A DNA stretch of 64,000 nt, from assembly GCA_001587575.1 (NCBI GenBank), contig LNJC01000002.1, forward strand, positions 9,418 through 73,417, in the 5' to 3' direction. The notes below the pieces were generated by a model. That model had not been told where the DNA came from and ran no database searches. It saw only the letters and a program-made list of their open reading frames with translations. Every line of letters starts with the position of its first letter. The stretch's first letter is position 1. Position numbers and translations under genes: made by a program. Shown one piece after another: positions 19,917 to 29,401 of the stretch. The stretch is from Candidatus Methanofastidiosum methylothiophilum (lineage in GTDB: Archaea > Methanobacteriota_B > Thermococci > Methanofastidiosales > Methanofastidiosaceae).

Positions 19917-21027
19917 AACTAAAAGATTGTTCTTTGGCTCAATGTTGGGATTTTACAAATCATTTTTTCATGGATTCACAATGATCCTTTTTAGTATTTA
20001 TTTTACTAAACTAGGTATATCCCTTTTACCTTATGCTTTGTTATTTGTAATAGGCGATGGCGTTTCATTTTTCCTCAAACCAGTTGTAGGTGTTTTATCT
20101 GACCGGATTGGGGAGAGGTATTTATTGTTAGTTGCTTTGGTATTATCTTCTGTATCTGCTTTATTAATTTCATTTACAAATAATATTTTATATCTCGCAT
20201 TACTTCAAGTTTTAGTTGCAGTATCACTTGCAACTTTTCTCACAGTAGTCATAATATTTTCTCTCAGACCCATAACGCAAAAACCTGAAAAAAAAGTAAG
20301 TATTTTTGGCGGTGTTTCTGGGCTTGGGTGGGTTTTTGGGCTTTTACTTCCCGGAATATTCGTGGATATATTTGGATTGAAAGGTGCTTTTTACTCTCTA
20401 TTTATAATCGGCGCTTCAATTTCGGGCCTTTATATATTTTTCATGAAGGAATTCAAGTTTGAACTAAGAGAAAAGAGCTATCCCTCAATTGAAACACTGA
20501 AAAAAGTATTAGATCCTTTAGTATACAAGACGTTTGACATAGCTGTTTTTACAGCATTTCTAATATTTTTTGTGAGGTTTGCCATTGGAAAATTAGGTAT
20601 GTCAGGTTCGATAATTTCTTTGATAGTGGCGTTTGAGTCCCTAGTCTTTGGAGTTTCTGAGATTCTTATTGGGCGTTATGTTAAAGTTGAAACTAAAAGA
20701 ATGTGGATTAAGTTGGGCGCATTAATTCACATAACAGGGATCTTATTTTTAGTTTTCTCTAATAATATTGCTTTATTCTTTTTAGCATCAGGCCTAATCG
20801 GATTGGCCGGTGCTTTCATAGATGTTTGGTGTTATTCCTTTTTGTGCGAGTCTATAGAAGTTTCAAAAAGAGGAACAATATTTTCCACATTTTCTTTAAG
20901 TCAAGACCTTTCTACAATAACAGGATCTAGTCTTCCTGCAATTGCTTCATTCTTCGCAATTAATCCCTTTGCTTCAATGATTTTATTTCCCGCAATAATT
21001 CTTGCTTATTCAATTAAACGGGGCTAA
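19906..21027 (+). CDS. MFS-type transporter (12 TM), candidate folate/pterin (FBT-like) transporter
   Basis: 373 aa, highly hydrophobic, with two 6-TM halves. It is embedded in the folate one-carbon gene cluster. Substrate assignment is by context only. Confidence 0.5.
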   Translation: MAVETKRLFFGSMLGFYKSFFHGFTMILFSIYFTKLGISLLPYALLFVIGDGVSFFLKPVVGVLSDRIGERYLLLVALVLSSVSALLISFTNNILYLALLQVLVAVSLATFLTVVIIFSLRPITQKPEKKVSIFGGVSGLGWVFGLLLPGIFVDIFGLKGAFYSLFIIGASISGLYIFFMKEFKFELREKSYPSIETLKKVLDPLVYKTFDIAVFTAFLIFFVRFAIGKLGMSGSIISLIVAFESLVFGVSEILIGRYVKVETKRMWIKLGALIHITGILFLVFSNNIALFFLASGLIGLAGAFIDVWCYSFLCESIEVSKRGTIFSTFSLSQDLSTITGSSLPAIASFFAINPFASMILFPAIILAYSIKRG

Positions 21028-21577
21028 TTATTCCTGAATCGGTAATTATCAAGTCCATTTTTACATCGTGTTTTTGAACAGGCAACGATTCAAAAATCTG
21101 AAATTCATAAGCAAGACCAACTTTAAGGCCGGTAGATTCTAATAAGAATCTATCAAAATAACCTCCTCCTCTACCAAGTCTTTCAAATCCAGTTCCAAAT
21201 GCTAGTCCTGGAATGAATAGTATTTCAATTTCTTTAGGATTAATACTTTTGGTATGATCTTTTGGTTCTAGAATATTAAAATTACCAATTTTGAGATCCT
21301 CTAAACTAGTTATTTTTCTAACCTCAAGCGAATTATTCTCTTTTATTGTCAAAGGAACATATACTGATTTCCCAATTTCTATTGATTTATTGATTAAATC
21401 AATTGTATCGACTTCCTTTTCTTTTGATACATAGGAAAAAATATTCTTTGCCCTAGAATAGTCTGGAAGATTATAAATAAAATCTCTTATTTTTTGATCC
21501 ATGATGCCTTTTTTAGTAGAATCTAATCCTTCCATTTTTTCTTTAATTAGCATTCTTATATCAGACTTAGAAAGCAT
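21014..21577 (-). CDS. 5-formyltetrahydrofolate cyclo-ligase
   Basis: 187 aa with the MTHFS family pattern (MLSKSDIR...; C-terminal GxGGGYYDR-like RGGGYFDRF). Confidence 0.75.
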   Translation of the reverse strand: MLSKSDIRMLIKEKMEGLDSTKKGIMDQKIRDFIYNLPDYSRAKNIFSYVSKEKEVDTIDLINKSIEIGKSVYVPLTIKENNSLEVRKITSLEDLKIGNFNILEPKDHTKSINPKEIEILFIPGLAFGTGFERLGRGGGYFDRFLLESTGLKVGLAYEFQIFESLPVQKHDVKMDLIITDSGIISPV

Positions 21578-21640
21578 AAACTAAATAACGAAAACTTTTT
21601 AAAAAGATTTACAATTGAATCTGAAATCAAGATGGTTTAA

Positions 21641-23305
21641 ATGGAAAGTGACTTCGACATCGCAAAAAAAGCAGAAATTTGGCCAATAGAAAAAATAGCT
21701 GAAAAAGCAGGTTTTGGGCCAGAGTATCTTGAGCCTTATGGAAAGCATAAAGCGAAAATAGATCTAGCTATCCTTAAGAAAACAGAAAAAATGGACAATG
21801 GTCACTTAATTCTTGTAACTGCAATGAATCCAACCCCATATGGAGAAGGAAAAACTCTAACAACAATCGGGTTAGGTCAAGCGTTATCCATTCTTGGAAA
21901 GAAAGTCATGATTACTTTAAGGGAACCATCAATGGGCCCAGTATTTGGAGTAAAAGGGGGGGCAACAGGTGGAGGTCTCTCACAAATCCTCCCAATGGAA
22001 GATATTAACTTACATTTCACAGGCGATATTCATGCAGTACAAGCAGCGCATAATCTCTTAGCCGCCATGCTCGATACGCATATCTTGATGGGGAATGAAC
22101 TTGACATTGATATCAATAATATTGTATGGCCAAGAGCTATTGATATGAACGACAGGGCTTTAAGAAATATAGTTATTGGTCTCGGTGGATCGGGAAACGG
22201 GGTGCCGCGTGAATCAAAATTTATTATTACTGCCGCATCTGAAATAATGTCGATAGTATGCCTTTCCAAAGATATAATTGACCTTAAACAAAAACTCTCT
22301 AATATTACAGTTGCATTTGACAGAAAAGGTAATCCAATAAAAGCTGGCGATCTAAAAGTTGAAGGCGCTCTTGCATCAATATTAAAAGACGCACTTAAGC
22401 CAAATCTTGTTCAAACAATTGAGCACACTCCTGCAATTATTCATGGGGGACCATTTGCAAATATATCAATCGGTACAAACTCAATAATTGCTACCAATAT
22501 TGCACTTAAATTGGCCGATTTTGTAATAATTGAAGCAGGTTTCGGTGCAGATTTAGGGGCTGAAAAGTTTCTTAACATTGTTTCAAGAAAAGGTAATTTT
22601 TCTCCTTCTACAGTAGTATTGGTCGTTACATGTAAGGCAATAAAATACCATGGTGGATTAAAGGATATAATCACTTACCATGATGAAGAAGCCTTTTTAA
22701 AAGGGCTAAAAAATGTTGAGAAACATATTGATAATCTCAAACTTTTTGGGATACCCGTTGTTGTTTCAATTAATAAATTTAATTTTGATAGAGATGAAGA
22801 AATAGAAATGATAAAATCTCTTTGTTCAAAGAAGGAAGTGCCTGTAGCGCTATCCAAAATGCATTCTGAAGGAGGCAACGGCGGGATAGAACTTGCAAAT
22901 ATGGTATTAGAATTGTCCAATCAAAAGAACAATTTCAAACCACTTTATGAGCTCAATGATGACATTGAAAAAAAAGTAGAAATAATTGCCAAAAAGATAT
23001 ATGGAGCAAAAAGCGTAATCTTTGAAACAAAGCCCAAAAAGAAAATTGAATTATACAAAAAACTTGGATATGGTAATCTGCCCGTTTGTATAGCTAAAAC
23101 TCAAATGTCTTTATCTGATGATAAGAATTTGATTGGAGTCCCGCTGCCATTTGATCTTGAAGTCACCGATGTTGAGTTAGCAAGTGGTGCAGGGTATATA
23201 GTTATTATTTGTGGAAATATCAACTTGATGCCTGGGCTTTCTAGGTCCCCCGCAGCCGTAAAGATGGATATTGACGACAAGGGAAATATAAAAGGTCTGC
23301 TTTAA
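21641..23305 (+). CDS. fhs: Formate--tetrahydrofolate ligase
   Basis: 554 aa. P-loop-like TPYGEGKTLTTIGL and FTHFS-wide conservation. Confidence 0.9.
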   Translation: MESDFDIAKKAEIWPIEKIAEKAGFGPEYLEPYGKHKAKIDLAILKKTEKMDNGHLILVTAMNPTPYGEGKTLTTIGLGQALSILGKKVMITLREPSMGPVFGVKGGATGGGLSQILPMEDINLHFTGDIHAVQAAHNLLAAMLDTHILMGNELDIDINNIVWPRAIDMNDRALRNIVIGLGGSGNGVPRESKFIITAASEIMSIVCLSKDIIDLKQKLSNITVAFDRKGNPIKAGDLKVEGALASILKDALKPNLVQTIEHTPAIIHGGPFANISIGTNSIIATNIALKLADFVIIEAGFGADLGAEKFLNIVSRKGNFSPSTVVLVVTCKAIKYHGGLKDIITYHDEEAFLKGLKNVEKHIDNLKLFGIPVVVSINKFNFDRDEEIEMIKSLCSKKEVPVALSKMHSEGGNGGIELANMVLELSNQKNNFKPLYELNDDIEKKVEIIAKKIYGAKSVIFETKPKKKIELYKKLGYGNLPVCIAKTQMSLSDDKNLIGVPLPFDLEVTDVELASGAGYIVIICGNINLMPGLSRSPAAVKMDIDDKGNIKGLL

Positions 23306-23419
23306 TCAATTTTACTCTGTTGAATATGTCCTTAATGGGTATTATTATAATATAATTTGGCTCAAAATGGCCATATATTAATAGAAATTAATATATATAT
23401 TTTCTTTTAAGCTTTTATT

Positions 23420-24502
23420 ATGAACAAATTTCCTAGAGAAAAGGATATTTCAGGCTGCTCTATATTCGGATTAATTAACACTGACGGAGAAAAAGTTAGT
23501 GGCAGTGTTATCACAGACGCAATTTCTGTCATGCACGATAGGGCAAATGGCCTTGGTGGAGGATTTTCTGGTTATGGAATATATCCAGATTATCCAGATG
23601 ATTACGCTTTTCATTTATTCTTTGACTCTGTCAAGGCAAAAGAAGAAACTGAAGAGTTAATTAATAAACACTTTTTAATTGAATATGATGAAAAAATAAG
23701 AACTGATAATTCAGTTAATCTTCCTAATAAACCATTGTTATGGAGATATTTTGTCAAAAATAGGAATATTCTGTCCAAAGATTCTGAAAGAGAAGAAACA
23801 TTCAAAGCTGTTATGGACATCAATAACAACATTGAAGGCGCATATGTAATTTCAAGCGGAAAAAATATGGGCGTGTTTAAAGGCGTTGGATACCCTGAAG
23901 ATATCAGTAAATTCTATCGTCTTGAGGACTATAGCGGTTACATATGGACCGCCCATGGCAGATTCCCCACCAATACTCCTGGATGGTGGGGAGGAGCACA
24001 TCCTTTTGGATTGCTTGATTGGACTATAGTCCATAATGGCGAGATATCCTCTTATGATACTAACAGGAGATATCTCGAGATGTACGGTTACAGATGCAAT
24101 CTTGTAACAGATACCGAAGTAATAACTTATCTTTTTGATTTTTTAGTTAGAAAAAATAATCTTCCTCTTCCATTAGCCTCGAAAATACTTGCAAGCCCAA
24201 TGTGGGCCGACATCGATAGAATGGAAGAAAAAAAGAGAGAGCTTCTAAAAGCATTGAGAATGACCTATGCTGGTGCATTACTCACAGGACCGTTTTCTGT
24301 CATCTTAGGATTTGAAAATGGGCTAATGGGTCTTGGAGATAGATTAAAACTCAGGCCACTTCTTGTAGGTAAAAATGACAATACAGTATATATTTCAAGT
24401 GAAGAATGCGCAATAAGAAAAATTTGTCCTGATCTTGATTCTGTTTATAGGCCAAAAGGTGGAGAACCTGCATTATTTATGTTGGATGGTAAATATGTCT
24501 AA
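23420..24502 (+). CDS. Archaeal-type glutamate synthase, glutamine amidotransferase (class II) domain subunit
   Basis: N-terminal Cys nucleophile context (GCSIFGLIN) and GATase-2 fold. It is a separate gene, as in methanogen split GOGAT. Confidence 0.75.
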   Translation: MNKFPREKDISGCSIFGLINTDGEKVSGSVITDAISVMHDRANGLGGGFSGYGIYPDYPDDYAFHLFFDSVKAKEETEELINKHFLIEYDEKIRTDNSVNLPNKPLLWRYFVKNRNILSKDSEREETFKAVMDINNNIEGAYVISSGKNMGVFKGVGYPEDISKFYRLEDYSGYIWTAHGRFPTNTPGWWGGAHPFGLLDWTIVHNGEISSYDTNRRYLEMYGYRCNLVTDTEVITYLFDFLVRKNNLPLPLASKILASPMWADIDRMEEKKRELLKALRMTYAGALLTGPFSVILGFENGLMGLGDRLKLRPLLVGKNDNTVYISSEECAIRKICPDLDSVYRPKGGEPALFMLDGKYV

Positions 24503-26003
24503 TATTATTCCTGAATTCAATGTCGATAAAAATGAAGATAGATGCATAAAATGCAAAGTTTGCGTAAGGCAGTGCTCAGAAGGGGTCTTTAAATACTTTG
24601 ATGAATTTGATTTAATCCGCATTTATAACGATAAATGTATTGGGTGTCATCGGTGTGAAATGATGTGCCCAACAGATGCTTTAACAATTACTAAGAATAC
24701 AGCACTTTACAAAGAAAATTCTCACTGGAGTTCTTACACTATTAATAGTATAAAAAAACAGGCCGAAACTGGAGGAATGATTCTTACTGGCAGCGGCAAT
24801 GACAAGGCATATGTTTCTTACTGGGACAAAATGCTACTTGATGCTTCTCAGGTAACTAATCCACCAATAGATCCATTAAGAGAGCCTATGGAATTAAGGA
24901 CTTATTTGGGTAAAAAACCTGAAAAAGTAATCCTAAAGGAAGAAAATGGAGATATATCGCTTGAAACTAAACTCGCACCACAAATTAAACTTGAAACTCC
25001 AATCATGTTTTCAGCAATGTCATATGGATCTATAAGCCTTAATGCATGTGAATCTCTTGCATCTGCCGCTTCAAAACTTGGTACTTTTTATAATACTGGA
25101 GAAGGAGGCCTTCATAAAAAACTTTACAAATATGGAAAAAACACAATTGGACAAGTTGCTTCCGGCAGGTTTGGTGTCGATACAGAATATCTAGATACAT
25201 GTGCAGCAATTGAAATAAAAATAGGTCAAGGTGCAAAACCTGGTATTGGAGGGCATCTTCCTGGAGAAAAAGTTACAGTAGAAATATCTGAAACAAGAAT
25301 GATACCTTCAGGCACTGATGCTATATCGCCTGCGCCTCACCATGATATATATTCAATTGAAGATTTAAAACAATTAATATGTTTGATTAAGGAAGCCACT
25401 AATTATGAAAAGCCTGTTTTCGTTAAGATAGCTGCAGTACATAATTCTGCCGCAATAGCATCAGGAATTGTCAGGGCAGGTGCAGACGTTATAGTAATTG
25501 ATGGATTTAGAGGGGGTACAGGTGCAGCACCTTCAGTTATTCGTGACAACACAGGCATGCCAATTGAAATTGCTCTTGCAGTTATAGATCAAAGATTGAG
25601 AGATGAAAGTATCAGAAATGAAGTTTCAATAGTTGCCGCAGGCGGAATTAGATCAAGTGCAGATGCTGTTAAAGCAATGGCATTAGGGGCAGATGCCGTA
25701 TACATCGCCACTGCAGCATTAATCGCAATGGGATGCACATTATGTCAAAAATGTTACAAAGGAAAATGTAACTGGGGCCTTACAACTCAAGATCCAGTCT
25801 TAACAAGAAGATTGAATCCTGCAATTGGGTCTGAAAAATTGACAAATCTTGTCACAAGTTGGAATCTAGAAATAAAGGAGATTCTTGGAAGCATGGGAAT
25901 TAATGCGATAGAAGCTCTTAGAGGAAACAGACTCAGATTGAGAGGAATAGGACTTACAGAACTAGAATCTAAAATATTGGGCATAGAGCACGCGGGGATG
26001 TAA
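24495..26003 (+). CDS. Archaeal-type glutamate synthase, FMN-binding central domain subunit with N-terminal 2x[4Fe-4S] motif
   Basis: CIKCKVCVRQC and CIGCHRCEMMCP motifs, then a GltB FMN domain (GEGG...; GGTGAAP; AAGGIRS). I moved the start to the ATG at 24495, which overlaps the upstream stop. Confidence 0.75.
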   Translation: MSNIIPEFNVDKNEDRCIKCKVCVRQCSEGVFKYFDEFDLIRIYNDKCIGCHRCEMMCPTDALTITKNTALYKENSHWSSYTINSIKKQAETGGMILTGSGNDKAYVSYWDKMLLDASQVTNPPIDPLREPMELRTYLGKKPEKVILKEENGDISLETKLAPQIKLETPIMFSAMSYGSISLNACESLASAASKLGTFYNTGEGGLHKKLYKYGKNTIGQVASGRFGVDTEYLDTCAAIEIKIGQGAKPGIGGHLPGEKVTVEISETRMIPSGTDAISPAPHHDIYSIEDLKQLICLIKEATNYEKPVFVKIAAVHNSAAIASGIVRAGADVIVIDGFRGGTGAAPSVIRDNTGMPIEIALAVIDQRLRDESIRNEVSIVAAGGIRSSADAVKAMALGADAVYIATAALIAMGCTLCQKCYKGKCNWGLTTQDPVLTRRLNPAIGSEKLTNLVTSWNLEIKEILGSMGINAIEALRGNRLRLRGIGLTELESKILGIEHAGM

Positions 26004-26005
26004 TC

Positions 26006-26434
26006 ATGAAAAGAAGAATTTTTTGCGACGAGGATTTTTGTATTGGATGTAGACTTTGTGAAGTTCATTGTACTGTTAAACATTCTAAATCAGGAGACAT
26101 TATTCTGGCATATAAGTTTGAGAATGACAAAGAACCCTCAAGAATGACATTCGAACAAAAAGAGTATATATGCGGTTCAATTGTTTGCATGAATTGCAAG
26201 GATCCGCTTTGTATTAAAGCATGCTCTATGGGGGCAATAAAAATAGAGGATGGAACAGTTATACTTGACAATGAAAGATGCGTTGGATGTTGGATGTGCG
26301 TTATGGTCTGCCCATTTGGTGCGATAAAGAGAGGAGACAATAAGGCTTTCAAATGCGATCATTGTCACACTGATGAAATTCCGGTATGCGTTCTCAACTG
26401 TCCAAACAAAGCATTGAAGTATGAGGTAGATTAG
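26006..26434 (+). CDS. 4Fe-4S ferredoxin-domain protein (GOGAT-associated)
   Basis: 142 aa with several CxxCxxCxxxCP-type motifs (CIGCRLCEVHC; CVGCWMCVMVCP; CDHCH...CVLNCP). Confidence 0.7.
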   Translation: MKRRIFCDEDFCIGCRLCEVHCTVKHSKSGDIILAYKFENDKEPSRMTFEQKEYICGSIVCMNCKDPLCIKACSMGAIKIEDGTVILDNERCVGCWMCVMVCPFGAIKRGDNKAFKCDHCHTDEIPVCVLNCPNKALKYEVD

Positions 26435-27691
26435 ATGAGATACGTCATCATAGGTAACGGTGCAGCAGCAATCGGAGCTGTTGAGGGCATAAGAAGCAAT
26501 GATAATGAAAGTGAAATTATATTGATCTCTAAAGAAGATTATAATTCTTATTCCAAACCCCAATTGTATAAAATGCTAAACCAGGATAATATAGAGGGTA
26601 TACTCTATAGAAACAAGGAATTTTATAGCGACAATAATGTATCCACTATATTTGGAAAAAATTTAAAATCTGTTGACTTTAACAAAAAAATTTTGTCATT
26701 AGACGATGAGAATATTAAATACGATAAATTGCTTATTGCAACTGGAGCCAAAGCAAATGTTCCCCAAATAAAAGGATTTGATGGGCAAATTTATTCTTTT
26801 ACAAACATTGAGGAAGCTCTTTCATTAAAACAATCTCTTTCAAATAAAAATAAAATTGCAGTTCTTGGCGGAGGCCTAATTGGAGTCAAGTTGTCTGAAT
26901 ATCTTATTAAAATGGGTAAAGAAGTTTTTCTTATAGTTAGTTCTAAGGGAGTTCTAAGTTCTCTTGGTGATGAGAAGATTTCTGAGATACTGAATAATGA
27001 AATTATGGAGAATGGAATTAATTTGCTTCTCTCAAGTAAAGTTCTAAGCGCCAAGAAAGAAGGCTCAAAAATAGAACTTAAACTCGACAAAGATAAAATA
27101 ACTTGTGATGCAATAGTATCCTGCAAAGGAGTAAGTCCTGAAGTTTCTCCATTTGAGAAAACAGAACTCGAAATTAATAGGGGAATCAAAGTTGACGATC
27201 ATATGAGAACTAATATTGAAGATGTATTTGCTGCAGGAGATGTAACTGAAGTTTATAACTATCTTGAAGATAGTTATTGCAATATTCCAATTCTTCCAAA
27301 CGCATACAGTGGAGGGCATTGTGCAGGAATTAATATGTCTGGTGGTGAAAGCAAGATAGATACTGTTTATCCAATGAACTCTCTTCAAATCTTCAATGTA
27401 CAGATAATTACAATGGGATTGTTAAATTCAACTGAAAAAGATGAAGTTCTATCTTTTTTGGATTCAGAAAAGAAAGTTTATAGAAAACTTGTTATTAGAA
27501 ATGGGAAATTGATTGGTGCAGCACTTCTTGGAGATATTGATCGAGCAGGTATACTAAATAATATTATCCGAAATAACTTAGATATTTCTTCAGTTAAGGA
27601 AGAATTATTATATAATAAAATTAATTTTTACGTTCTCCCAAAAGATATGAGAGAAGACATAGTAAAATCATACACCGAGGTAATTAAATGA
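26435..27691 (+). CDS. FAD/NAD(P)-binding pyridine nucleotide-disulfide oxidoreductase family protein (probable electron-input subunit for GOGAT)
   Basis: Two Rossmann dinucleotide motifs (VIIGNGAAAIGA; AVLGGGLIGVKLSE) and a GD motif (AAGDV). Confidence 0.7.
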   Translation: MRYVIIGNGAAAIGAVEGIRSNDNESEIILISKEDYNSYSKPQLYKMLNQDNIEGILYRNKEFYSDNNVSTIFGKNLKSVDFNKKILSLDDENIKYDKLLIATGAKANVPQIKGFDGQIYSFTNIEEALSLKQSLSNKNKIAVLGGGLIGVKLSEYLIKMGKEVFLIVSSKGVLSSLGDEKISEILNNEIMENGINLLLSSKVLSAKKEGSKIELKLDKDKITCDAIVSCKGVSPEVSPFEKTELEINRGIKVDDHMRTNIEDVFAAGDVTEVYNYLEDSYCNIPILPNAYSGGHCAGINMSGGESKIDTVYPMNSLQIFNVQIITMGLLNSTEKDEVLSFLDSEKKVYRKLVIRNGKLIGAALLGDIDRAGILNNIIRNNLDISSVKEELLYNKINFYVLPKDMREDIVKSYTEVIK

Positions 27692-28410
27692 TTCTTAATT
27701 GTAAGGGACTAAACCACACTGAAATAAACAAGTCAATACGCAAAGCAATACAAAATGGTGAAAAAGAAATAGTGATGAACAATGTAAATGGGCAGGGATA
27801 TCTATTTGCAGGAGTTAAGAATGGGATAAAAGCAATAATAAATGGCGTGCCTGGAAATGATCTTGGTGGTATGATGGACGGCCCAAGTTTATTTGTAAAT
27901 GCAAATATTCAAGATTGTGTTGGTAATACAATGAACAATGGTAAGATCGTTGTTCATGGGGACGCAGGAGATATACTAGGTTACGCTATGAGGGGTGGAA
28001 AGATATTTGTCAAGGGAAAAGTTGGCTACAGATGTGGGATCCACATGAAGGCATTTGGGGAGAAGATACCTGTTATTGTCATAGGGGAAGACGCAGGTGA
28101 CTTTCTTGGGGAGTATATGGCCTCAGGCATAATAGTTGTTCTATGTAAGAATAAATCTACACTTGATAGCAATTACTTAGGCGTTGGAATGCACGGAGGT
28201 GCAATATATATTAGGGGAAATATTGAAGAAAATAATCTAGGTAAAGGTGTTGCAATTTCTTCACTTGATGATTGGGATAAAAATTTTCTAACAAATATCT
28301 TAGATGAATACTCAACAGATATGAACTCTAAGGAGAAGTACGATTTAAATTCATTTGTAAAACTTAGTCCTTTGAATTCAAGACCGTTCCAAAGGCTGTA
28401 TAGCTATTGA
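27688..28410 (+). CDS. Archaeal-type glutamate synthase, C-terminal GXGXG-domain subunit
   Basis: Repeated G-x-G-x-G beta-helix motifs (NGQGYLFAG; VHGDAGDILGYAMRGG; VIGEDAGDFLGEYMASG). Confidence 0.7.
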   Translation: MILNCKGLNHTEINKSIRKAIQNGEKEIVMNNVNGQGYLFAGVKNGIKAIINGVPGNDLGGMMDGPSLFVNANIQDCVGNTMNNGKIVVHGDAGDILGYAMRGGKIFVKGKVGYRCGIHMKAFGEKIPVIVIGEDAGDFLGEYMASGIIVVLCKNKSTLDSNYLGVGMHGGAIYIRGNIEENNLGKGVAISSLDDWDKNFLTNILDEYSTDMNSKEKYDLNSFVKLSPLNSRPFQRLYSY

Positions 28411-28444
28411 AATAGATAATTATTTAAATATTAAATTATCAGAA

Positions 28445-29311
28445 ATGACGATGAAAAAAATATTAATTATTTTTGGATTGATAGTCTTAATAGCATTAGC
28501 ACCTATGTGCTCAACCCCAGGTTCAAGTCAACAACAAACACAAACATCAACTACTACTCAGCAAACCAGTACAACTTCAGGATCAGAGACTTCAAGTAAG
28601 GAAGAAGTTCTAACAAATGAAAAAAATTCTTTAAATGCTAATTCCTATAGGTATTATGCTTTAACTTTGACAAAAGGGAGCAAAGTGAAATTTTCTTATG
28701 AAACCCTAGATAAGGACAATTTTGATGTATATATATTAACAAGCACACAACATAATTATCTGGTTATGAATAACATTAGTAACACTAAGAAGAATAATCA
28801 ATACTTGAGATTTTACTCTGGCCCTAAATCAGAATTCGAATATACTTTTCCGAACGATGGCTTATATTATTTTATAGTCCACAATACAAACAATTTCCAA
28901 GTGCAGTACTATTATTCCGCTATACTTTCTTCCGGCGAAAAATTACAGAAATATCAGTACATTATTTCCGAAGGAACCAATGTCTATTTTAGTAAAGATG
29001 GATGGAGATCTTATGGAACTTACCTTCAGAAAGGGGAAGTTGTAAATATTTACTATAAAGTTAGACAGAACGACTACCGCAATTTATATGCCAGAATGTA
29101 TGTGCTTGATAGTACTGGATACAAGAGTTTTACATTGTCTCCTGAAGATTATTCAGGCAAGATATACCTTAACTCAACTAATGAAAGAGATCGAGATTAC
29201 GAGCAATTAAAATGGACCGCTCCAGAAAAAGGATATTATTACTTTGTATTTAGAAATGTTGATTCGCCTGAAGGATTAAGACTCGACTACAAAATATACA
29301 AACAATATTAA
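28445..29311 (+). CDS. Secreted/lipoprotein with S/T/Q-rich linker and two ~100-aa internal repeat domains; function unknown
   Basis: Signal peptide MTMKKILIIFGLIVLIALAPMCS, with Cys after the h-region consistent with a lipobox. A low-complexity QQQTQTSTTTQQTSTTSGSETSS linker follows. Two repeated modules each end in a ...GLYYFIVHN / ...GYYYFVFRN motif. Confidence 0.5.
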   Translation: MTMKKILIIFGLIVLIALAPMCSTPGSSQQQTQTSTTTQQTSTTSGSETSSKEEVLTNEKNSLNANSYRYYALTLTKGSKVKFSYETLDKDNFDVYILTSTQHNYLVMNNISNTKKNNQYLRFYSGPKSEFEYTFPNDGLYYFIVHNTNNFQVQYYYSAILSSGEKLQKYQYIISEGTNVYFSKDGWRSYGTYLQKGEVVNIYYKVRQNDYRNLYARMYVLDSTGYKSFTLSPEDYSGKIYLNSTNERDRDYEQLKWTAPEKGYYYFVFRNVDSPEGLRLDYKIYKQY

Positions 29312-29335
29312 TTTTTATTTATTTTTTCTTTTTCT
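29312..29335 (+). terminator. Oligo-T tract (archaeal-type intrinsic terminator candidate) after the lipoprotein gene
   Basis: tttttatttattttttctttttcttt immediately follows the stop codon. Confidence 0.4.
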
Positions 29336-29377
29336 TTGCAATAATTTTTTATGCATATATTTATAAGATTATTGCAA
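29336..29377. promoter_or_regulatory. Inverted repeat TTGCAATAAT-N22-ATTATTGCAA upstream of the 29402 ORF; candidate operator
   Basis: Read directly from the sequence. Perfect 10-bp arms, with a spacer containing ATGCATATAT, 25 bp upstream of the ATG at 29402. Confidence 0.4.
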
Positions 29378-29401
29378 TTACTTTAAATCCCGGCGAAATA
29401 T

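Noticed and set aside
24435-24494. Upstream extension (MILFIGQKVENLHYLCWMVN) of the glutamate synthase FMN-domain ORF
   Set aside because: The extension overlaps the 3' end of the GATase gene in another frame. The ATG at 24495 gives a typical ferredoxin-domain N-terminus and a 4-8 nt gene overlap, so the shorter start is preferred.
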